A stretch of 64,000 nucleotides of DNA from Eledone cirrhosa (taxonomy: Eukaryota). Where the stretch lies: positions 31,992,001 to 32,056,000 of the forward strand of contig OZ024748.1 in assembly GCA_964016885.1 (NCBI GenBank), given 5' to 3'. Below are positions 54,920 to 64,000 of the stretch, one piece after another (position 1 is the first letter of the stretch; each line of letters opens with the position of its first letter). The position numbers were made by a program, and so were the translations under genes. Under the pieces are notes generated by a model. It saw only the letters and a list, made by a program, of their open reading frames with translations. It did no database searches and was not told where the DNA came from.

Positions 54920-55392
54920 ATCCAGTTCCACACTGTAAACATGGTTCATTTTAGGAAGGGAATCCAGCTGTAAAATACCCAATCAAATTTACAGACCTCG
55001 CCTGAGCAAGGTGTGACACATTGCCAACCCTGGCCAGACTTGCCTCCTGGCATGGATGACCCGTCTAACCCATACAAGAATGGAAAAATGGACGCTAAAT
55101 GGTGATGACACAAACATATATATGTATATATCCCACCGGACATGTAAAAGACACAGCAAAAAGCACCCAGCACACACTGTAAAGTGGACATGTAAGTGTC
55201 TTGGGTAATGCACCCAGTCCACACTGCCAATGTGGTTGGTGTTAGGAAGGGCATCCAGCCGTAGAAAGCTAGCCAGAAACACCTCTATATGAGTGAGACA
55301 CGGTCACTTTACCCAAATTGCCTCTAAATGAGACCTGATTGACCCATGCTAGCATGGAAGATGGACGTTAATTGATGATGATGATGATGATA
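54920..55392 (+). mobile_element. Two RTE 3'-UTR fragments
   Basis: ggaagggcatccagccgtag...gcatggaagatggacgtta(gat)n. Confidence 0.75.
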
Positions 55393-55597
55393 TATAATAA
55401 AATGTTGTAGTTTGACTGAAGTATTATATATAAAATATAACGTTGAAAGAGATAGAAGGCTAAACAATGCAAAATGGACTGTAAGATGAGGTAAGGAAAA
55501 GTAAAAGTTACCTGGTAATCTTTGTTTAGTTTTTTTGTTGTTCTTCTTTTATTTGTCCAATATTGTGGGACCTAAAACTCCTTCCTTCGGGGTTTAA

Positions 55598-55804
55598 CCC
55601 TTTAGCATTTACATTACTACATATATACTATTATATTTCCATGGTAAAGACATATGTCACATAATATCGAATCTATGAGATTTTGATATTATTTATATTG
55701 AAAACAATAGCTTAACATCAGTATGAGTGGCCAATTACGGCTGGTTTCAAACGAAAAAGGGGACAAAATTCTGGCCAGTTACGGCCAGTTTAAATGTTAA
55801 AGGG
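55598..55804. mobile_element. piggyBac-like MITE
   Basis: TTAA|ccctttagcattta ... taaatgttaaaggg|TTAA. Confidence 0.75.
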
Positions 55805-55902
55805 TTAAGCAACTTTCAGTGGATAATGTTCCAATTTCCTCTCTTTGGGATTAAATTTTGACTTTGATTAAAATGTTTTCTAAGTCATTTTCAAGCATTT
55901 TA

Positions 55903-56055
55903 TAAAATTGATGAAAGCTGTGAAGTAGGAAGACCTAGTTTGAGGTGATAAAAGCTGACTTCACATAATTGATGGAAACTGTGAAGTAGGAAGACCTGGT
56001 TTGAGGTGATAAAAGCTGATTTCACAAAATTGATGGAAGCTATGAAGTAGGAAGT
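55903..56055. repeat. ~62-bp tandem repeat (about 2.5 copies)
   Basis: aattgatggaagctgtgaagtaggaagacctggtttgaggtgataaaagctga. Confidence 0.8.
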
Positions 56056-56399
56056 TAAGTACGGTTGTTTGAGGAAGACCAGCAGTCACCCATATATACA
56101 AGTCTACCCTCTCCACGCCACCGATGTTGTCCAAGGGGAAGGCAATGGCTGATACAGCTTGTTACCAGTGACAGCACAACATATATACACACTATATATA
56201 TATTATATATATACTGTGAACACTATATATTATACACTATATATGATGTTGTCCAAGGGAAAGGTAATGACTGATACAGCTTGGTACCAGTGATTTCACA
56301 ACATATATACTATATATACTATATATATATACACTATGTATAATACACGACAAAAATATATTATATATACACTTTGTACAGTATATATAGTATTCAAAT

Positions 56400-59115
56400 T
56401 CTCCGTTTTTCTCTCGGATTTTCAATTAATATTTTACATGTTTTTAATAATATGTCTCATTCTGTTGGACCCTTCCTAAAAACTAACCTTCTCCTAAAGT
56501 TAACCATTTCCCACTCCTCAGACGTCACCATTGCTATATCGTCCAATCATAACTCAGCGGCTTTAGTAAGTTCTCTAACAAATCAGTATAGCAAAGCTAC
56601 CACCTCCTTAATTTTAGACCTGTTTGATGGGTGGACTGCAGAATTTGGAAATTCTAAGCACTCAATGACAATGTCACAGACAATGATAAATTCTCCCCCT
56701 GCTGCAAGATGACCAACATAATTCCGTCTCCCACACCACTCGATCCCAACTTTAGAGTTGGTACCATGAGCGTAGGCACATTGAAAGGTCGCTCAAATGA
56801 GGTTGTAGAGATGCTTGAACGTAAAAAGTTGATGTTTGTTATATTCAAGAGACTTGGTGGAGAGGTGGGTCTGCCAGATTCATCGTAGGTAAAAATCGAT
56901 GCTATAAACTTTTCTCGGTGGGAAATGACAACGGACTGGGTGGTGTAGGAATTACGTTAGCTGAAAAATGGGTAGTTAAGGTAATTGACGTAAATAGAGT
57001 GAATTACAGAATAATTAAAACAAGACTAGTCCTGAATAGAACTACTGTGACAATAATATCCGCATATGCACCCCAATCTGGTCTACCTGACGTTATAAAG
57101 GACAGGTTCTATGAGATGCTAATGCACACTACCTCCCAAATAATCGACAGCAACTACTTAATTATTGGTGGCGATCTAACCGGTCACATTGTACAACATA
57201 GTGATGGCTATGATAGAATCCATGGAGTCTTTGGGGTTGGAAATAGAAAAGAGGAAGGCTTCAGAATCATGGAATTCTGTGATGCTAATAACCTAACTAT
57301 CTGTAACACAAACTTCAAAAAACGAGAAAACCACTTGATCACCTATAGATCAGGGGAACACGCCAGCCAGATAGATAGATTATATCCTTACTAGAAGACG
57401 TGATAAAGTGTCTGTTGTAAACACTAAATCCCTCCCCCGTGCAGAATGCACCTCCCAACATAGCCTAGTAGTTAGTGACTCATAGTCAGGAATAAATGTA
57501 TTCGACGACAGAGGAGGCCTACCTTGAGGAGAAGAATATGGAAGTTGAAGGAACCCATAGCCAGTGACAAATTTAAAAGCTTATTACTTGATGCCTTTGA
57601 CAATAAGGAAGAGCAATTAGAGATGTGCAATATAGAGGAAGAGTGGCAATTCTTGAAAGTGAACCTTCTGAAAGCAACGGATGAAATCTGTGGCTGGAGT
57701 AGACCTATTGGCAGGAGGAGAGTTACTTGGTGGTGGAACAGTAAGGTGGAGGAGACAATCAAGGCCAAAAAGCAGGCTTGGAAAGTATGGCAGGAGGGGG
57801 GAAGTAGAGAGAACTATCAAGTGGCCAGGAGAGAAGCTAGGAGACAAGTGTACCTTGCAAAAAGGGAAGCAGAGGATAGAAAGTTCAAGCATGTTCTACA
57901 ACGTGAGGACCAAAAACGTGATGTGTTCAGGATTGCTAGGCAATGTGTCAAGGAAAACCGTGATATTGTCGGGGAGAAGTGTGTCCGTAATGATAACGGT
58001 GTACTTGGCCTCACTGATGCTGATAAGAAGATAGCCTGGAAGTGTCACCTGAGAGACTATTAAATGAAGAGAATAAGTGGGAAAAAGATAGTCTGCCCCA
58101 AATCGATCCAATAGAAGGACCAGCAGTGTAGGTTAAAGGTAGTATAATAAGTAAGACAATCAAAGATTGGATGTGTAATAGTAATATACGTGAACGGCAA
58201 GAGTCAGAACGGGATGGAAAAAGTTCAGAGAGCTTATACCGCTGTTGGCCACAAAAGGTTTCTCTCTAAAAATGAAAGGCAGATTGTATGATGCTTGTAT
58301 ACGAACAGCAATGCTACATGGCAGTGAGACATGGGCATTACGTGCAGAAGAAATGTTCAGACTGGAAAGGAACGAAGCTTGCATGCTCCATTGGATGTGT
58401 AATAGTAATACACGTGAACGGTAAAGCATAAATGAACTAAGTGAGAAATTAGGAATAAGAGGGATCAGATGCTGTTTACTTGAGAGAAGACTACATTGGA
58501 ATGGCCACGTGATGCACATGAAAGACGACAGCTGTATAAAAAAGTGCAGGGCGATCAAAATTGATGGTAGTTTCGGAGTAGGTAGACCCAGAAAAACCTG
58601 GGACGATCTGATAAATTCCGACCTTACACACTTGCACCTCTCTAAGACAATGTCACTGGACCAAGATCTTTGGCGAACGCAGTAATACAGAAGACCCGCC
58701 ATGCGAAACCTACAGTCAGTAGCCACCTCTTAACCAAATATACACCCAATACACTACCCCTACTCTATCATCACATTCCCACCAACACCACCCTCTCTCT
58801 GTAAAGTTGGTACCACAACATCCAAATGAAATAAGTGAGATAATGAGATCTAGACCGAGTAGGTGTCACGACAAAAAACACAGTCCACACTGTAATGTGG
58901 TCGTGTAGGTAACACGGTAAAAAGTTCCCAGTTCCACACTGTAAATGTGGTTGGTGTTAGGAACGGCATCCAGCCATAGAAAACCTGCCAGACAGTCCTA
59001 TATGAGTGAGACACAGTCACCCGACCAACCTTGCCTTAAGTGGGACAACTCCCGTCTAACCCATGCTAGCATGGAAGATGGACGTTAAACGAAGATGATG
59101 ATGATGATGATGATA
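56400..59115 (+). mobile_element. RTE LINE with APE endonuclease, RT core deleted, intact 3' end
   Basis: VGT.SVGTL.GR, ISAYAPQ, GGDLTGH, NTNFKK (APE); TWWWN linker; jumps from IEGPAV (~58130) to the RVRTGWKKF C-terminus (~58200). Confidence 0.9.
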
Positions 59116-59139
59116 TACATATTATAGATACATTATGTA

Positions 59140-60137
59140 CAGTATATATTATACACTATATATGATGTCCAAGAGAAAGGCAATGGCTGATACAGCTTGG
59201 CAACAGTGATATCACAGCATATATACTATATATACATATATATATATATACTATGAACAATATATATACACTATATATATATACTATATATACACTATGT
59301 ACAGTATATATATACACTATGTACAGTATATATAAACCATACATATAACATATACACTGTGTACAGTATCTATACACTATATATGATGTCCAAGAGAAAG
59401 GTAATGGCTGATACAGCTTGGCACAAATGACATCAAAACATATATATACTGTATATATACACTATATACATATATATACACTGTTTACAGTATATATTAT
59501 ACACCATATATGTTGTCCAAGAGAAAAGCTATGGCCGATACAGCTTGGCACTAGTGACATCACAACATATGTATACACTATATATATTATACAGTATATA
59601 TACACTATATATATGTCCAAGCGAAAGGTTATGGACGATACAGCTTGGCACCACCGACATCTCACCTCATTTCTACAGCTGAGTAAACTGGAGCATCGTG
59701 AAATAAAGTGTCCACATTTTAATTGTAAGCCCAATGCTCTAACCACTAAGCCATGAGACGTTCCAGAACCAGCCGTGATATAGAGAGACCATAAAGACAA
59801 CCGTTGTTTTCACAGTTTAAGCCTTAAAATACCTCTCATACACGCTTTAAGTACATATAAACTCATTAAAATACACTTTTGTATTTAAACACCGGAAACA
59901 GCCAGTAACGATCGTATAGAAACTACCACCAACCATCGTACCATTAGTTACCAATGAGGACCATTGCCAGCCACGGTAGCCACTTGGTAATACACTGCAC
60001 ATCTCCCGTCAATCTATGAAGGGTTTGTAGTAGATTAGAGAAAAACACAATCAGTAAAACAGTAATGGAATAAAAAATAAAAACATTTGTTCATAATTAA
60101 AGCCTTAATATGTCCCTTCCTTACGATATACACTTTC
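59140..60137. repeat. Local duplicate of 60540-61397 (also paralogous to 25740-26437)
   Basis: Shared SINE pieces followed by gttccagaacc...cttacgatatacacttt. Confidence 0.85.
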
Positions 60138-60421
60138 AGCTAAAAGCTGACCTCACACAATTGAAGAAAGCTATGGAGTAGGAAGATAAGTACGGTTGTT
60201 TGATGAATATCATCAGTCACCCATGTATACCAGTCTACCCTCTCTATGCCACCGATGTTGTCCAAGGGAAAGGTAATGGCTGACACATCTTGGTACCAGT
60301 GACATCACTCCATATATATACACAGTGATATCACAACATATATACTATATATATACTGTATATCATATATAAATATATATATATACATCATATATATATT
60401 ATATATATATACTATGTACAG

Positions 60422-60503
<82 letters not shown>

Positions 60504-60839
60504 TGTGTATATGCATTATATGATCTCCAAGTATATATAGTGTATATACACCATATATGATGTTGTCAAAGAGAAAGGCTATAGCTGATACAGCTTGGCA
60601 CCAGTGGCATCACAACATATATATACTATATATATACACTATATATATACACTATATATATATATTATACAGTATATATACACTATATACATATTATATA
60701 TACACTGTGTACAGTATATATTATACACTATATATGTTGTCCAAGAGAAAGGCTATGGCCGATACAGCTTGGCACCAGTGACATCACAACATATATATAC
60801 ACTATCTATATTATACAGTATATATACACTATAGATATA

Positions 60840-61025
60840 TCCAAGAGAAAGGCTATGGCAGATACAGTTTGGCACCAGTGACATCACAGCTCATTTCTAC
60901 AGCTGAGTAAACTGGAGCAACGTGAAATAGAGTGTCTTGCTCAAGGACACAACACAACACCCTGTCCGAGAATCGAACTCACCACCTTTTAATTGTAAGC
61001 CCAATGCTCTAACCACTAAGCCATG
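60840..61025 (-). mobile_element. tRNA-derived SINE
   Basis: Minus strand TGGCTTAGTGG (A box) and GTTCGATTC (B box), then gtgtccttgagcaagacact core; the 3' part recurs at 56060-56175 and 60170-60305. Confidence 0.8.
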
Positions 61026-61934
61026 ATATATTCCAGAACCAACCGTGATTAGAGAGACCATAAAGACAACCGTTGTTTTCATAGTTTAAGCCTTAAAGTA
61101 CCTCTCATACATGCTTTAAGTACATATAAACTCATGTGTTCACACTTTGTATTTAAACACCAAAAGACAGCCAGTAACGATCGTATAGAAACTACCACCA
61201 ACCATCGTACCACTAGTTACCAATGAGGACCATTGCCAACCACAGTAGCCACTTGGTAATACACTGCACATCTCCCGCCAATCTGTGAAGGGTTTGTAGT
61301 AGATTAGAGAAAAACACAATCAGTAAAACAGTAATGGAAGGAAAAATAAAAACATAATTAAAACCTGAAGGTGTCCCTTCCTTACGATATACACTTTAAT
61401 AACATTGAAACTTATTTGATAAGTTTAAAATTTAAACACTTTTTATTCAGACGTACCGCGATAAGAAATTAGATACGTTCAAGAAAAATCCGCGATGTAA
61501 CGGAACCGCGATATAGCGGGAGATTACTGTATATATACACACACACAGCATACATCTATCTATATACACTGATAACATTTATTTCGATTTTTTACTTTAA
61601 AATGTTGACTGAGGGTGCGACAACTGTTTCTTGTTTGAGGTTGTTCCAGTGATTGAAATATAGACGGAGGTATTTTAAATAATAAAGACAGTCATGATAA
61701 CAATATATTTTATATCACATGTCACAGTGGAATCTGGTGATTAAAAAATAACACATCAACATTTCAGTTTGGAAGTTTTTTTTCTATATATAAAAGTGGA
61801 GGAAGAAATATATTTTTCTAGTGTTGTTATATACATTTTCACTTGTATATAATTACTGGATCGTTGTAGGGTTCACATAATTATATTATTTACACACATT
61901 AATATAGACATTAAGTAAATATTTGTCAACTTAC

Positions 61935-62150
61935 CTCCTTCAGATATAATCAATGTGTTGTTAGTTTTACTAAACAACCATAGAAATAATCTCTTTGTTA
62001 TCAAATTAGAAGTTGCAAAATGTTATCAGCTTTATTTCACGACATTAACGTTGGTGTATCTTCTTCATCTTTAGTCATGAATTGATATCTTGTCAGAATG
62101 AAGTAGTGAGGCTGACTATATGTCTTTAGCTACAGATTTGATAGGAAATA
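61935..62150 (-). other. Predicted upstream non-coding exon of ZNF gene 2 (donor GAG|GTAAGT)
   Basis: Paralogous to 27051-27280. Confidence 0.55.
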
Positions 62151-62341
62151 TATATATATTAGGTTGATATGTGGTCTAAAATATATATATATTGTCTATA
62201 AATGACTGATAGCAGATCTTCTGGTGAAATAGTAGTTTTACTACTACAGATTGTAATGGAACTCTTAGTAGACACAATTGTAAAGTAAGAATAGATATGA
62301 CAGTGTAAGACTGATGTCAGGGAAAGAAAATTGTGTATATA

Positions 62342-64000
62342 TATAACAAAATACTAGTGTGTATGAATGTAACATAAACAATTTGTGGATATATAGAACA
62401 GAAAAGTTGACATGTCAATGAATAGATGAGAGAATGAAACAAAGTTATTAGTTACCGTTTGGTTGCCAGGTGAACGCGCCTGGGCGACGACTCCTGGCGA
62501 AGGCCAGGAGCCGAAAAGGCGAATGAGAGAGAGAGAACTTAAAGTTGTTAGTTTTATAGGGTTCTGACAGGAAGTTACAGAAAGGGTTCTACTTCCTGTC
62601 TAGAGAGCGTTAATCTATTGGGGATGTGAGTGTCACAACAAGGGAGGCAACTCCTGCTACATATATATAATTTAAAGATATTTTACTCAAAACCTACGAC
62701 AGTAAAGAAGAACAGATAAAGACATTCAATGTAGAAGAGCACTCGGAGTTCCTAAAAAATAACTTACTAGAGGCGATGGATGAGATATGTGGCTGGAGTA
62801 AGACCACAGGCAGGAGGAGAGGGACTTGGTGGTGGAACAATAAGGTAGATGAGGCACTACATTATCCCCCGCCAGATTTTTAAAATATAAAAGTCGAATG
62901 AAATATGTATGTAGTAAGTTGGCGAGAATGTTGTAACAGGCATGAAAATTATGAAAAAAAAATAATGTTTGCAAAAATCAATGATAGATATCAAGGTAGC
63001 CAACCGCTCTTGGCCAGAGATCGACTGGACATCTATCTATCCATCACCCAAAGATAAAATGTCATCAAAGTAAGAGAAGAGCTCAAAGTTCAAATGTACA
63101 AAATATAGTTCACAGGTGTGCAATCACATGACAGCAGGAAAGAAAGTGTGTTCCAGAGAATGAATGCAGGTGGTTTCTGTTCTGTGGTGTAACGTGAAAT
63201 TTCCAACCTCCGAATGGATTTTCTCACAGGAAGAGTGCTGCAAAAATAAATTCTCTGGCTTGTTCTGCTGGTTTTGTTTGTTGATGAAGCTGTGTTGCTG
63301 TTGATGTTGTTGTCTCGCGGAGTGAGCGTATTCGATGTTTAAATTCACAGTAAAAAAATTTTTTCAGAAAAAATGAGTTGCGCAAAGTGCTAGAAATAAC
63401 AGCCGAAGTTGACGGTCGATGTTGAGAATGCATTGACCTGGAGGGTCAAGAGGCCAGCGACCAAAGAAATAAGCATTCTGAATAAATGCGCAGTTTTCAA
63501 CGGCAAATTTACGTGGTAAATTTTTAAACCGGCAAATAGGAGAATATAGCTTAAGGCTGGAGAATCCTTGGGGAGAAACGTTATCCCTGGCGTGTGGATA
63601 TCTCACTGAATCGAGATATCTCCGTGAGTCGAGAATTTGTGCTGCCTACACGTGCCAATACAAAGTTAAGTTGAAAAAAAAAAAAAAAAATTTCTATTGC
63701 GCGTGAAAATGGCGCGAAAATGATAGTGCAACAGGTCGTTGGCAGCCATTTTGAAAAATTGTGTGTGTGAAAGTGACAATGATGAAAAAGAAAGAAAGGC
63801 TTCACTTAGCATAACAAATATGGCGAGTTCAATTTTTCTTTTGTGAACGATGAAGAAAACGATGAAAAAAAAGGCAATGGTTGAGATTCATCGAAAATAA
63901 CAATTCCTGTTGAAATGTTTTTAAAAAAAAAAAATCAAATTTCTTTTTTTTTTATTTGTCTTTAAAGTGTTCGTTGTAAGAAACGAGAAACATATATATA
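62342..64000 (-). mobile_element. Diverged relative of the 42362-44291 LTR element (LTR 62342-62661; runs off the window), interrupted by an RTE fragment 62670-62856
   Basis: Internal region 62862-64000 aligns with 42692-43720. Confidence 0.85.

Noticed and set aside
59160-60890. CRISPR-like repeat/spacer look
   Set aside because: Eukaryotic context, repeats are SINE-derived, spacers are low-complexity and uneven, and there are no cas genes
60955-61025. tRNA gene
   Set aside because: tRNA-like head of a SINE that continues into the SINE core; no proper acceptor stem

Overview
AT-rich eukaryotic (animal) genomic DNA. The HTG(D/E)[12 protein letters not shown] zinc-finger repeats, RTE LINEs with (GAT)n tails, tRNA-headed SINEs and long (TA)n tracts suggest a coleoid cephalopod (octopod); this is inference. 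The host content is two paralogous minus-strand tandem C2H2 zinc-finger genes (~9.9-27.3 kb and ~52.2-62.2 kb). Each has a predicted upstream non-coding exon and one finger exon with a frameshift between a conserved leader and the finger array. The left 10 kb looks like the intron of a third, partial paralog. The rest is mostly transposon debris: RTE, CR1, a Penelope-like GIY-YIG fragment, a DD37D maT/mariner, non-autonomous LTR elements, a Helitron, MITEs, and a 466/350-bp satellite carrying Ty3/Gypsy gag fragments. The most striking unannotated signal is non-coding. At least six distinct sequence families of type I hammerhead ribozyme (HHR) sit in ~0.4-0.6 kb units embedded in (TA)n. They include a 3x tandem array (549/558 bp), a 2x tandem (593 bp) with a compensated U3-A8 core, and a 600-bp palindrome with two HHRs. 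Nearly all are co-oriented with the zinc-finger genes. This resembles a Penelope-dependent retrozyme/circRNA-type system. All RNA folds were done by eye and no activity is demonstrated.
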